Source: an uncultured Gemmatimonadales bacterium
Lineage (GTDB): Bacteria; Gemmatimonadota; Gemmatimonadetes; Gemmatimonadales; GWC2-71-9
Direction of reading: 5' to 3'
NCBI GenBank assembly: GCA_963748815.1
Contig: CAVVKJ010000010.1
Coordinates: 1,088,001 to 1,152,000 of the forward strand
Length of the DNA stretch: 64,000 bases
Under the pieces are notes generated by a model that ran no database searches, was not told the DNA's origin, and worked only from the letters and a program-made list of their open reading frames with translations. The translations under genes were made by a program, and so were the position numbers. Below, piece by piece: positions 21,941 through 33,477 of this stretch (its first letter is position 1; every line of letters starts with the position of its first letter).

Positions 21941-23671
21941 TCAGCGAATCCGCACCACGCCGAAGCGAACGCCCCGGTCGTCAGGGAATGCCTCGCCGCT
22001 CTGGCGGGCCAGCACGATGTCGAGGTCTGCGCTGTTGGCGGCCTGCAGGACCCGGAGATGCCGTCCCGAGCCGCCGCGCAAGGTGCCGGAACGGCTGTAC
22101 GAGCCGGTGATGGTGCTGTCGGGGCGCAGCGGGTACGGCCGCGACACCAGGTCGGGGCGCTGGGCGTTCAGCGTGTCGTAGATGTACCGGAAATCCCAGC
22201 TCGTGTACTGCAACCGCGGATCGACGGGGGAGAATCCGGGGAGGTTGTCGAGGTAGTTGGCCAACTGCCAGAGCGGTACCAGCTGGCTCATCGTGGTGCC
22301 GGTGGCGGACTGCACGTTGGCGCTGCCCAGGAGGGTCGTGCCGACCAGCTGTCGCGTGAGGCTCGTCCCCAGGGAGTCGGGGGAATAGTGGTCGGCGAGC
22401 CAGCGCACGAAGAGCCAGTTGGCGCCCCGTTCCTGGAGCGTGCCGGTCGAGCTGCTCGGCGTGATCAGGAAGTGCGCTTCCGGATTGAGCAGGTAGTCGT
22501 TGGCGTTGAGGAGGTCCGGAATCGTGAACTGCACCAGCCGGGACGACGCCGCCCCCTGCCCGGGGCCGTTGCCCAGCAACCGCCCGCCGAGCTCCTCCGC
22601 AAAGTGTGACAGCCCCTCGTTCAGCCAGACCTCTTCGCCGCTCACTCCGGGCCGGGCCAGCACGTGCTGGTTGAAGGAGATCATGTGCTGGAATTCGTGG
22701 ATGAACACCGGGGCGATCTGCTGCTTCACGAACGTCTTGGAGACCGCGCAGCCGCCGGTGGTGTTGGGGACCAGTCCGTAGAAAATCTCCGCCTCGTTGG
22801 ATCCGGGATTGCTCCCGCTGCGGGCCAGCAGGTCGCCGCCGTAGAAGAAGCCGAGGATGATGCTGCCGCCGGTGCAGCTGCCGCTGAGATCGTTCACCGC
22901 GTCGGTGAGGAGGAAAATGACCTTGCCGTTGACGTCGATGTCCGATTCCCGGCCAAACGCGGTGGTGTCGATCTGGTACATGTTCGGCGCCGTGCCGGCC
23001 ACACCGCCGTCGAAGAGCAGGCCCAGGGTGTCGATGTCCTCCTGGATGAACCCGCCGGCGGGGACGACGTCATCGAGGAAGATGGCGCCCTTCGGGCCGA
23101 CATACTTGGCCGTTGCGATCACGGTCTTGAAGGCGGTGCAGGAGGTGTTGCCGCAGACCTTGAACGTGTCCTTGACGCCGACCACCGGCGGGATCGAGAC
23201 CCGGTCGGGCGCCCCCGCGCTGAGCCGGGCTCCCGGCTCCGCCGCGAGGGCCCGCTCCCGCTGCCGGAGCATGGCGTGAAATTCCGCCGCCGTCGCCGGT
23301 TCCTTCCAGGCCTCGAGCAGCGGCGATGCGATCCCCGGCCCACTCGCGGCAGGAACGTTGACACTGCTGCTCACCCGGCCCTGCAGGGCGTAGTCGATCG
23401 TCACGCCACTCGACGTGACCTGACCGGTTGTGGCCAGGGCGGCGATGAGGTATTCGCCACCGGAGGGCCCCGCCCCAGGGAGGCGGAGGCACCCCTCGGA
23501 GCCGGCAGGATTGAGGATCCGGAATTCACCCACATTCATGACCGTGGGCGCCGGTCCCGGGCTGCACGTCAGCGTCGGGACTGATGGGCCGGTGTCCCCA
23601 TCCCCCCCTGAGCAGGCGGCGGCGGTCAGCAGGAGGACGGGAAGGATCCGGCGGCGGTGCAAGGGCTTCAC
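21941..23671 (-). CDS. Lipoprotein zinc metallopeptidase (M30/gluzincin-like)
   Basis: Lipobox TAAAC; HEFQH plus WLNEGLSHFAE. Confidence 0.75.
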   Translation of the reverse strand: MKPLHRRRILPVLLLTAAACSGGDGDTGPSVPTLTCSPGPAPTVMNVGEFRILNPAGSEGCLRLPGAGPSGGEYLIAALATTGQVTSSGVTIDYALQGRVSSSVNVPAASGPGIASPLLEAWKEPATAAEFHAMLRQRERALAAEPGARLSAGAPDRVSIPPVVGVKDTFKVCGNTSCTAFKTVIATAKYVGPKGAIFLDDVVPAGGFIQEDIDTLGLLFDGGVAGTAPNMYQIDTTAFGRESDIDVNGKVIFLLTDAVNDLSGSCTGGSIILGFFYGGDLLARSGSNPGSNEAEIFYGLVPNTTGGCAVSKTFVKQQIAPVFIHEFQHMISFNQHVLARPGVSGEEVWLNEGLSHFAEELGGRLLGNGPGQGAASSRLVQFTIPDLLNANDYLLNPEAHFLITPSSSTGTLQERGANWLFVRWLADHYSPDSLGTSLTRQLVGTTLLGSANVQSATGTTMSQLVPLWQLANYLDNLPGFSPVDPRLQYTSWDFRYIYDTLNAQRPDLVSRPYPLRPDSTITGSYSRSGTLRGGSGRHLRVLQAANSADLDIVLARQSGEAFPDDRGVRFGVVRIR

Positions 23672-23738
23672 GGATGCGACTCCGGGGCGGCGTCTCGGGG
23701 AGGGGTCAAGGCTGCAAAATAAGGCGGCGCAACGGCTT

Positions 23739-23767
23739 TTGACAATCATTCGCTCGGCCGATAGGTT
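23739..23767 (+). promoter_or_regulatory. Sigma-70 promoter of dnaE operon
   Basis: TTGACA-17 nt-TAGGTT. Confidence 0.6.
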
Positions 23768-23904
23768 CCCTCATTCGACGGGTTTCCGCAGCCGTCCCGC
23801 GTCCGGGGCGAGGGGCCGAGCCCACTTTCAGCACGTCGCCGCACCGACCCGCAGGTGTCCCGCCGGACGCCGACGGCCCCCGGGTCCGGCACGTCCGGCA
23901 GGTC

Positions 23905-26900
23905 ATGGCCTTCGCCCACCTACATACCCACAGCGAATACTCGCTCCTCGACGGCGCCAACCGCCTCGATGCGCTGGTCGACCACGTCCGGGGCATGGGC
24001 ATGGACAGCCTGGCCGTCACCGATCACGGCAACCTCCACGCGGCGTGGTCCTTTTACGAGGCCGCCAAGGCTGCCAAGATCCGCCCCATCCTCGGCTTTG
24101 AGGCGTACCTCGCTTTCGGATCCCGTCGGCAGCGCGAAAAGCCCTCCGGCGCCCCCGCCTTCTACAGCCACCTGGTCCTGCTGGCCCAGAACCGGACCGG
24201 CTACAAGAACCTGATCAAGCTCAGCTCGATCGGCTACACGGAGGGGTTCTACCGCCGGCCCCGCATCGACAAGGAAGTCCTCGAGGCGCATTCCGAGGGA
24301 ATCGTCTGTCTCGCCGCCTGCCTCTCGGGCGAGGTGGCGCTCTGGCTCCGCCAGGGCAACTACGAGGAGGCGCGGCGGAGCGCGGCCTGGTTCGCGAAGA
24401 CCTTCGGACCCGACCGGTTCTGGCTCGAGATCCAGAAGCACGGCATCCCGGAGGAGGACCTGGTCACCGAGGGGATGCTCAAGCTGGGGCACGACCTCGG
24501 CCTCGGGGTGGTCGCGACCAACGACGCCCACTACCTCCGCCGGGAAGACGCCGAGGCGCACGACGTCCTCCTCGCCATCGGGACGGGGTCCGACCTCGAC
24601 GACCCGAAACGGTTCCGCTTCACGGGACAGGAATCGTACGTGAAGTCCGAGAAGGAGATGCGGGCGCTCTTCCCCGACCATCCGGAAACGATCGACAACA
24701 CCCAGCGAGTGGCAGACCTCTGCGAACTCGATTTCGAAAAGCGGTACTTCCTTCCCGAGTTTCCCGCGGCCGGCGGGATACGACACCGACGAACGCCTCC
24801 TCGACCACCTCGCCCGCGAGGGGGCCGCCGAGCGGTACGGCTCGCCGCTGCCGGCGCCGGTGCTGGAACGGCTGGAATACGAGCTCGGCGTCATCAACAC
24901 CGCGGGCTACGCCGGGTACTTCCTGATCGTGCAGGACTTCATCGCCGCGGCGCGCGACCGTGGCATCCCGGTCGGACCGGGCCGTGGCTCCGCCGCCGGC
25001 TCGCTCGTGGCGTACGCCCTCCGCATCACCGACGTGGATCCGCTCCGGTTCGACCTGCTCTTCGAGCGGTTCCTGAACCCGGAACGCGTCTCGATGCCGG
25101 ACATCGACGTGGACTTCTGCTTCGAGCGGCGCGGCGAGGTCATCGAGTACGTCCGCGCAGCGCTACGGGCGGGAGAGCGTGGGGCAGATCGTCACCTTCG
25201 GGACGATGAAGGCGCGCGCGGCGGTCAAGGACGTGGCCCGGGTCCTCAAGATTCCGCCCGGCGAGGCGGACAAGATCACCAAGCTGATCCCGTCCGGCCC
25301 CGGCTTCAACGTGACGATCCCCGAGGCCGTGAAGAAGGTCAGCGAGCTCCGGGATCTGGTGAAGGGCAATCCGGTCTACGAGCGGCTGATGGACCTCAGT
25401 GCCCGGATCGAGGGGGTCTCCCGCCACCTGTCGGTCCACGCCGCCGGCGTCGTCATCGCCCCGGGTCCGCTGCGCCGACTACGTGCCCGGTCTGCACCAC
25501 GCCGACCAAGGGGGCCGGACAGTCGGCGGGCGGCGAGGACGTGATGATCACGCCAGTACGAAATGGGCGCGCTCGAGAAGGTCGGGATGCTCAAGATGGA
25601 CATCCTCGGCCTCAAGACGCTGACGGTGATCCACGACGCGCTGCAGATGATCGGCGTACGACACGGCGCCGCGCCCGACCTCTCCGTCACCACCTACGAC
25701 GACCCGAAGGTGTACGAACTGCTCCGGGACGGCCGCACCGCCGGCGTGTTCCAGTTCGAGTCGGCGCTCGCCACCGAGACGCTGCGCGCCATGCGGTGCG
25801 ACCGCTTCGACGACCTCGTCGCCACCAACGCCCTGCTCCGCCCAGGACCGCTCGACGCCGGCATGCACACGGTGTTCATCAAGCGGAAGCTCGGCCAGGA
25901 GGCGGTCACCTATCCCCACCCGTCGCTCCAGGGCATCCTGGAGCCGACCTACGGCGTCATCACCTACCAGGAACAGGTGATGCGCATCGCGAACGTGCTC
26001 GCCGGGTTCAGCCTGGCCGAAGCCGACGTGCTGCGGAAGGCGGTGGGCAAGAAGGACGAGGCGCTGATCAAGCAGGAGGTCGGGCAGTTCGTGGAGCGCG
26101 CCATGGCGCAGGGGCACCCCCGCCGCCTGGCGGAGGAGCTCGGCGGCGCAGATCGAGACCTTCGGGCGGTACGGCTTCAACAAGTCGCACTCCGTCGCGT
26201 ACTCGGTGCTCTCCTACCAGACGGCCTGGCTCAAGGCGCACTATCCCGCCGAATTCATGGCCGCGCTGCTTCAGCTCGGAAATCGGCAACACCGACAAGG
26301 TGGTGCAGTACATCAACGAGGCCCGCGAGCTGGGGCTGGAAGTGCTGCCGCCGGACGTGAACGAATCGGGGTTCAAGTTCACCGTCGTCGGCGAGAACCG
26401 GCTGCGGTTCGGGCTCGGCGCGGTGCGCAACGTGGGCGCCGGCGTGATCGAATCGATGATCAGCGCCCGGCGCGACGGACCGTTCCACGACCTCTGGGAC
26501 TTCGTCGGGCGGATCGACCTGCGGCTGGGCAACCGCCGCGTGATCGAATCGCTCATCGTGGCCGGCGCCTGCGACGGCCTGGGCGGGCATCGCCGGCAAT
26601 ACCTCGAGGCGCTCGACGCCGCCCTCGGCGAGGCGCAGCTGCGGCAGCAGGAGCGGGAGGCGGGGCAGTCCTCCCTCTTCGGTGAGGTGCTGGCGACCTC
26701 CAAGCCGGCGGGGCACAACCTCCCCGACGTGCCGCCGCTGCCGGAAGCGGACCGGCTGACCCGCGAGAAGGAGGTCATCGGCTTCTTCATCTCCGGTCAC
26801 CCGCTGGAGCGGTTCCGGGCCGAGGTCGAGCTGTTCGGGACGCGGACCACGGCCACCCTGCACGAGTGGAGCGAGCACGAGGTCAGCGTCGCCGCCGTGG

Positions 26901-27394
26901 TCACCGGACTCAAGCGGCAGATCTCCAAGAAGACCGGGAAGGAGTACGCCCGGCTCACCCTGGAGGACTTCCACGGCACCTCGGAGGCGATCGTCTTCCC
27001 CGACGCCTGGGCCAAGCTCAACCAGGTCATCACGGCGGACGCGGCCATTCTGCTGGGCGGCGGCTACAGCGCCCGGGACCGGGGGGAGGACCGGGCGCCC
27101 TTCGTGGTCGAGTCGGCCCGGCCCCTCGCCGAGCTCCGGGAGAGCGGGGCCCTGGGGGTCAGCCTCCGGTGGCGCGCCCCGGACGCCCCCCCGCCCGACG
27201 CCGTCAAGGCCGCCGCGGCCCTCTGCGCGTCGCATCCGGGGCCGGCGCCGGTCTATATTGAATGGAGCGACGGCAACGGCGAGGCCCTCCGGCTTCGCGC
27301 GCGCCGTCTTCGCATTGCCCCCGATGAAGACCTCCTCCGGGCCCTCCGCGAGCTGCTGGGTGCCGGTGCCGTTCACTACGTGAAGGCGGGGTAA
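23905..27394 (+). CDS. dnaE: DNA polymerase III alpha subunit (several frameshifts, likely errors)
   Basis: [16 protein letters not shown] domain, [27 protein letters not shown]-terminal OB fold. Confidence 0.95.
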
Positions 27395-27396
27395 CG

Positions 27397-28360
27397 ATGG
27401 CGACGTCCTACACACTCGAATTCGAGAAACCGCTCCAGGAACTCGACCGCCAGATCGAGGAACTCCGCCGTTCGAGCGCCGAACGGGGCACCGACCTGAC
27501 CGACGAGATCACCGCGCTGGAGACCAAGCTCGCCGCCCAGCGCGACGAGATCTACCGCACCCTGACGCCGATCCAGCGGGTGCATGGTGGCCCGGCATTC
27601 GCGCCGGCCCTATACCCTCGACTACCTCAGCACGATCTTCACCGACTTCATCGAGCTGCACGGCGACCGCCTCTTCCGCGACGACCCGGCCATCGTCGGC
27701 GGCTGGGCCCGGCTCGGCGGCCAGAGCGTGATGGTGATCGGGCACCAGAAGGGTCGCGACACCAAGGAAAACCTGCGCCGCAACTTCGGGATGCCCCACC
27801 CGGAGGGGTACCGGAAGGCGCTCCGCCTGATGAAGCTGGCGGCGCGGTTCGGCGCCCCCGTGATCACCCTGATCGACACCGACGGCGCCTACCCCGGCCT
27901 GGGCGCCGAGGAGCGCGGGCAATCGGAGGCGCTGGCGCGCAACATCCTGGAAATGTCGGTGCTGCCCACGCCCATCGTCACCATCGTGATCGGCGACGGC
28001 GGGTCGGGCGGCGCGCTCGCGCTGGGCGTGGCCGACCGGGTCCTGATGCTCGAGAACTCGATCTACTCCGTCATCTCGCCCGAGGGGTGCGCGGCCATCC
28101 TCTGGAAGGACGCCTCGCAGCGCGAGCGCGCCGCGGAGGCGCTCAAGCTCACGGCCGCCGACCTCCTGCGGCTCAAGGTCATCGACGAAATCATCCCGGA
28201 ACCCGCCGGCGGCGCGCACACCGATCACGACGCCACCGGCGAGGCCGTGCGCGAGGCGCTGCTGCGCCACGTCGGGGAGCTCCGGAAGGTGAAGCCCGAG
28301 AAACTGGTCCGCCGTCGCGCCGAGAAGTACGGCGCCATGGGCGCCTACACCGAGGCCTGA
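27397..28360 (+). CDS. accA: Acetyl-CoA carboxylase carboxyltransferase alpha (frameshift near 27583)
   Basis: [41 protein letters not shown]. Confidence 0.95.
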
Positions 28361-29439
28361 TGCCGCAGACCGTGGAAGTCCGGTTCAAGGGGAACCGGAA
28401 GGGGCTCTTTGACTGGGCGGGCGAGGGCGAGCAGTTGCGCATGCGCGACGCGGTCATCGTCGACGCCGATCGCGGCCAGGACCTCGGCCGGGTCAGCGCC
28501 GTCGGCGAGACCGCCCTCAAGAAGTGTGGCTCGAGCTGCGGCGGGTGCGCGTCGGGCGAGGCGCCGCCCGGCGATCGCCCGCCGGTCCTCCGCGTCGCCT
28601 CGCGCCAGGAGGTGTCGACCCACGAGGAGCTCCGGCGCTCCGAGGAAGACATCCGCCGCGAAATCATCACGCGGGTGCGCGCGCACAATCTCCCGATGAA
28701 AATCAGCGACGCCGAGTGGCAGTGGGACCGGAAGAAGCTGACCGTGTATTTCACCTCGGAAAAGCGGGTGGACTTCCGCAACCTGGTGCGCGAGCTCGCC
28801 GGGCAGTTCAAGACCCGTATCGAGTTGCGCCAGATCGGCGTGCGCGACGAGGCCGCCCGGCTCTCGGGCGTGGGGCGCTGCGGCCGCGAGTACTGCTGCT
28901 CCACCTGGCTGACCGAGCTGTCCCCCGTGAACCTCGGCCTCGCCAAGGACCAGCGCCTGTCGCTGAACCCCTCCCAGATTTCCGGCGGCTGTGGCCGCCT
29001 GCTCTGCTGCCTCAAGTACGAGCACGAATTCTATGTGACGGCGCGGAAGCGCTTCCCCAAGGAAGGCCGGATGGTCGTGACCATCCACGGGCAGGAAAAG
29101 GTGGTGGCGGTCGACCTCATCCGGGAACGGGTCTTCCTCCGCAACGAGGAGGGCCAGCGGATCGTGCCGCTGCTCCAGCTCAAGGAGGAGGTGGAGGCGG
29201 CGGGGGGCGGAACACCCCTCGAACCGGCGGCCCCGGCCACGCGCCCGCCGCGGCCGAGCGCGCCCCGTCCCACCGCCCGCGAGGCCCCCCCGGCTCCCAC
29301 CCCTCCCCCCGCGGCGGAAGCGCCCGCTCCCTCGGCCGACGCGCCGCCCACCCCCGGCCGGTCCAAGCGGCGCCGTCGCGGACGGCGGCGCCGGGGTGGC
29401 GGCGGTTCCGGCTCGCCGCCGCAGAGCGACGGAGGCTGA
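28360..29439 (+). CDS. ricT: PSP1/RicT (YaaT) family protein
   Basis: RVDFRNLVRELA..FKTRIELRQIGVRDEA, CGREYCC, ISGGCGRLLCCLKYE. Confidence 0.85.
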   Translation: MPQTVEVRFKGNRKGLFDWAGEGEQLRMRDAVIVDADRGQDLGRVSAVGETALKKCGSSCGGCASGEAPPGDRPPVLRVASRQEVSTHEELRRSEEDIRREIITRVRAHNLPMKISDAEWQWDRKKLTVYFTSEKRVDFRNLVRELAGQFKTRIELRQIGVRDEAARLSGVGRCGREYCCSTWLTELSPVNLGLAKDQRLSLNPSQISGGCGRLLCCLKYEHEFYVTARKRFPKEGRMVVTIHGQEKVVAVDLIRERVFLRNEEGQRIVPLLQLKEEVEAAGGGTPLEPAAPATRPPRPSAPRPTAREAPPAPTPPPAAEAPAPSADAPPTPGRSKRRRRGRRRRGGGGSGSPPQSDGG

Positions 29440-30967
29440 GTGGCGCCGTTCTACATCACCACCGCCATCGACTACGCCAACGGCGATCCCGCACCTCGGG
29501 CACGCCTACGAGAAGATCGGCGCCGACGCCATCGCACGGTATCACCGGCTCCGTGGCGACGACGTCTGGTTCCTGATCGGCATGGACGAGCACGGGCAGA
29601 AGGTGGCGCAGGCGGCGGCGGCGGAAGCGCTGACCCCGCAGGCGCTGGTCGACCGGGTGGCCGGGCGCTTCGAGGCGATGTGGGCGCGGCTCGGCCTCTC
29701 CCACGACCAGTTCATCCGCACGACCGCCGAGGCGCACAAGGCGGGCGTGGTGGAATTGATCGAGCGGATCTTCGAGAAGAACCCCGACGACTTCTATGAG
29801 CAGTCCTACCGCGGGCGCTATTGCGTCGGGTGCGAGGCGTTCAAGCAGGACAATGAAATCACGGATGACCGCTGCGCGCTGCATCCCACCCGGACGCTCG
29901 AATGGGTGGAGGAGCGCAACTGGTTCTTCCGGCTCTCGCGGTACCGCGACTTCCTGCTCGAGCTGATCGAAGGGGATCGGAACTTCGTGCAGCCGGAGAG
30001 CCGCCGCAACGAGATTCTCTCCCTGCTTCGGCAGGGGCTCGACGACATCTCCGCGAGCCGCTCCCGGTTCACCTGGGGCGTCCCCTTTCCCCGGCTCACC
30101 AGCCAGGGGGAGCAGCAGACCACCTACGTCTGGTTCGACGCCCTCCCGAACTACTGGACCGCCACCCGCGCCCCCGGCTCTCATGCTGCGTGGCCGGCGC
30201 AATTGCACGTGATCGGCAAGGACATCACCCGCTTCCACTGCGTCATCTGGCCCGCGATGCTGCGGGCGGCGGACCTCCCGCTGCCGAAGCAGGTGTGGGC
30301 CCACGGCTTCGTCTATTTCCGGGGCGAGCGTTTCAGCAAGAGCGCGGGTACCAAGCTGGACCTCGGCGAGGCAATCGACCGGTTCGGACCGGACGCCTTC
30401 CGGTATTTCCTGTTGCGGGAGATTCCCTGGGACAGCGACGGCAACTTCACCTGGGACCGGTTCGTGGATCTCTATACCGCGGACCTCGCCGACGGACTGG
30501 GCAACCTCGCCAGCCGTTCGCTCGCGATGCTGGCCAAGTATCGGGACGGTCGGGTACCGGAGGCGGCGGAGACGTCGCTCGATCAGGCTGGAGCCGAGGC
30601 GACCCAGGCGTATGAACAGGCAATGGAGTGCAATGATTTGCGCGGTGCGGCGGAGGCGGCGTGGCGGATCGTTACGGCAGCAAACCAGTACATCGTGCAG
30701 ACTGCCCCCTGGGTGCTGGCCAAGGAAGGCCGGAATGATGAGTTGGACGCCGCCCTGGCCTCGCTGGCGCGGTGCCTCTACCGGCTGGCCGTCCTGACGA
30801 GCCCGCTGATGCCGGGGAAGGCAGAGGAACTCTGGGCCGTCCTGGGACAGGTGGGGGCGGCCGCGACCGCCCGCTGGGCCAGCCTTGCGGCCCCGCCGGT
30901 CACCGGCTCGGCCACCCGGAAGCCGGAGGGCCTCTTTCCACGCCCGGAACCAACCGTAACAAGCTAG
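29440..30967 (+). CDS. metG: Methionine--tRNA ligase (frameshift near 29488)
   Basis: FYITTAIDYANG, HLGH, GMDEHGQK, YVWFDAL, GKDI, FSKS. Confidence 0.95.
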
Positions 30968-31134
30968 AGCACAATCACTTACGCCAATAATCCTGCACCT
31001 TGACATCCCCTGTACCGGGGGCCATTTTTCATGCTTGTGAACCACATGGTCGCCAAGACCGGTGGAGAGGGCTGGGCGGCCCGTGGATTGCGTTAAGGAC
31101 CGGCCCCCGGACAAACCGTGCAAAGGTTGGTGGA

Positions 31135-32061
31135 ATGGCTGATCGCCGCTGGACGTTCATGGTGGTACCCGAGGGGACAGGCGCGTCCCGGGCCATCCAG
31201 GTCTCTCAATCCGTCCTGAAGGTCGGGGCAATCGGGTTGGGCCTGTTTGTCCTGCTGGCGCTGGTCCTCGGCTACGCCACCGTGAGCCGCAGCGTCGACC
31301 TCTCCCGTGCCGCCCGTCTCGAACGCGAAAACCAGCAGCTGGCCGCCACCCTTGGCCAGCTCAACGCCCAGATCTCCTCGCTTTCCGATACGCTCGGCCA
31401 GATCACCCGCCGCGACGCCCGTATCCGCCTGCTCGCCAATCTCGAGCCGACCGATCCGCAGGTGCTGCAGGCGGGCATCGGCGGGCCTGCTCCGGAAACG
31501 CCGGTCAGCGGCGCGCCCCGCAGCGAGCTCGTGCGCCAGGCCACGGAAGTCTCCGTCGACCTGAACGCCATGATCCGGCGCGCCAACCTGCTCGCCTTCT
31601 CGTTCGACGAGGCGGCCGACAGCCTGGAGTCGCACCGCGACCGGCTGGCCGCCCTCCCCTCCATCCTGCCGACGCAGGGCTGGCTGACCAGCGCCTTCAG
31701 CTCGATGCGCGAACACCCGGTGCTGCACATCGCCCGGGCGCACGAGGGCATCGACGTGGTGGCGCCGATGGGCGCGCCGATCGAGGCCCCCGCCGCCGGC
31801 AAGGTGGTCAGCGCAGGGTGGGAAACCGGCTACGGCTACTCCGTCTCGATCGACCACGGCTACGGCATCACCACCCGTTTCGCCCACGCCTCCAAGCTGC
31901 TCGTCCGCCGCGGCGACAAGGTGGAACGCGGCCAGCGCATCGCCCTGGTCGGCAACACCGGATTGGCCACCGGACCGCACCTGCACTACGAGGTGCACGT
32001 CCGCGGCCGCGCGGTGAATCCGCTCAACTATGTGCTGCCGGCGGGGGTAGTGACAGACTAA
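31135..32061 (+). CDS. M23 family metallopeptidase
   Basis: TM plus coiled coil plus HEGID / GPHLHYEV. Confidence 0.9.
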   Translation: MADRRWTFMVVPEGTGASRAIQVSQSVLKVGAIGLGLFVLLALVLGYATVSRSVDLSRAARLERENQQLAATLGQLNAQISSLSDTLGQITRRDARIRLLANLEPTDPQVLQAGIGGPAPETPVSGAPRSELVRQATEVSVDLNAMIRRANLLAFSFDEAADSLESHRDRLAALPSILPTQGWLTSAFSSMREHPVLHIARAHEGIDVVAPMGAPIEAPAAGKVVSAGWETGYGYSVSIDHGYGITTRFAHASKLLVRRGDKVERGQRIALVGNTGLATGPHLHYEVHVRGRAVNPLNYVLPAGVVTD

Positions 32062-32129
32062 GGCGGGGAAGCGGGGAAGAAATTACGAACGGTGGACTCC
32101 CACGGGAATCCACCGTTTTCTGTTCCTGC

Positions 32130-32157
32130 CGTCACCCCGGCGAAAGCCGGGGTCCAT
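32130..32157. repeat. CGTC-type REP-like palindrome
   Basis: CGTCACCCCGGCGAAAGCCGGGGTCCA; near-identical unit at 35762. Confidence 0.6.
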
Positions 32158-32188
32158 GGGACCCTCCCCGCGTCCCCGCCTCGTGCCC

Positions 32189-32758
32189 CTAAAACTGTAC
32201 CTTCGGTACCTCCGCCGCCGCGGCGTTCGTCAGCTCGAAGTAGTCCTTCGGCGCCGACGCGCCGAACATCTTGGCCGTCAGGTTGTAGGGAAAGGTCCGG
32301 ACGAAGGTGTTGTACTGCCGGGCCGCCTGGTTGTAGTCCTGCCGGGCGACGGAAATCCGGTTCTCGGTCCCCTCGAGCTGGTCCTGCAGCTGCCGGAAGT
32401 TCTCGTTCGACTTCAGTTCCGGATAATTCTCCACGATGGCCAGCAACCGACCGAGCGGTGCGTTCATCGCCTGGTTGGCATCGGCCATTTCCTGCAGGTT
32501 GCCTCCCTGCACCGCCCCCGCCAGCCGTGAGCGCGCGTCGGCCACTTCGGTGAAAATGGTCGTTTCCTGCTTGGCAAACCCCTTGACCGTCTCGACCAGG
32601 TTCGGAATCAGGTCGGCCCGGCGCTGCAGCTGGACCTTGATCTGGCTCTCCGCCGAGTTCACCTGCTCGTCGAGCGCCTGGATCCGGTTGTAGCCGCATC
32701 CGGCGAGCAGGGTCAGCAGCACGAGGGCGGGCGCGAGGCGCACGGTACGGCGAGTCAT
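32189..32758 (-). CDS. lemA: LemA family protein
   Basis: GCGYN, QRRADLIPNLVETVKG, ENYPELKS, LEGTENRISVAR. Confidence 0.95.
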   Translation of the reverse strand: MTRRTVRLAPALVLLTLLAGCGYNRIQALDEQVNSAESQIKVQLQRRADLIPNLVETVKGFAKQETTIFTEVADARSRLAGAVQGGNLQEMADANQAMNAPLGRLLAIVENYPELKSNENFRQLQDQLEGTENRISVARQDYNQAARQYNTFVRTFPYNLTAKMFGASAPKDYFELTNAAAAEVPKVQF

Positions 32759-33477
32759 GGACGGTCTCCAGAGGTCAGGTTGTCGACGTAACGGACCGCG
32801 GCCTCCACGGCCGCGATGTATCCGGCAAAGCAATCGGGGGTACAACGCCACTCCCCATCGCCCAGATGATTCAGGATCTCGACGAGAGGCGCCGACTCGA
32901 AGCCTGCGACGAGCCCCGCGGTGGCCGCCACATCCGGCCGGCCCGGTGGCAGCTGCGCGCCAGCCAGGACCAGGACACCCCGCAGCAGGACCACCAGCGA
33001 GGGGGCCGTGCTGCGCGCGAGGCCGGCGAGCGCCCCGGGGTCCGCCGCCAGCGCCACGAAGCCCTGCCGGAGCCGGAGAAGGCGGCCACGCAGGTCGCGC
33101 TCCAGGGCGGCGCGTAGATCGTCGCGGCGCACCGTCACGTCGACCAGGGGGTCGTCGCCGCGCAGGACGCGGTAGGCGCTCCGGATGTCGGTGATTTCCA
33201 CCGGGAAGACATCGGCGGCGCGGCGCCACTCGGGACGCGAGAGCAGGAGGGGCGGCGCCTGGTTGGACTTGGCCCAGAACGCGAATGGGGTGGTCAGCGC
33301 GCCCAGCACGTCGGGCGTGGCCGACTCGAGCACCAGGAGCAGGTTCACGTCCGACCAGCCGTCGAGGTACTCGCCGCGGACCACCGACCCGTGGAGGACC
33401 GCGCTGTAGCCGCGGCCCAGGAGACGGTCGCACTCGCGAAGGAACGGTTCGACCAGCGTTGCCGTGATGTCCGCCAT
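32755..33477 (-). CDS. Nucleotidyltransferase-fold hypothetical protein
   Basis: LHGSVVRGE..SDVNLLLV, DVFPVE; lies between TPM and lemA genes. Confidence 0.7.
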   Translation of the reverse strand: MADITATLVEPFLRECDRLLGRGYSAVLHGSVVRGEYLDGWSDVNLLLVLESATPDVLGALTTPFAFWAKSNQAPPLLLSRPEWRRAADVFPVEITDIRSAYRVLRGDDPLVDVTVRRDDLRAALERDLRGRLLRLRQGFVALAADPGALAGLARSTAPSLVVLLRGVLVLAGAQLPPGRPDVAATAGLVAGFESAPLVEILNHLGDGEWRCTPDCFAGYIAAVEAAVRYVDNLTSGDRP

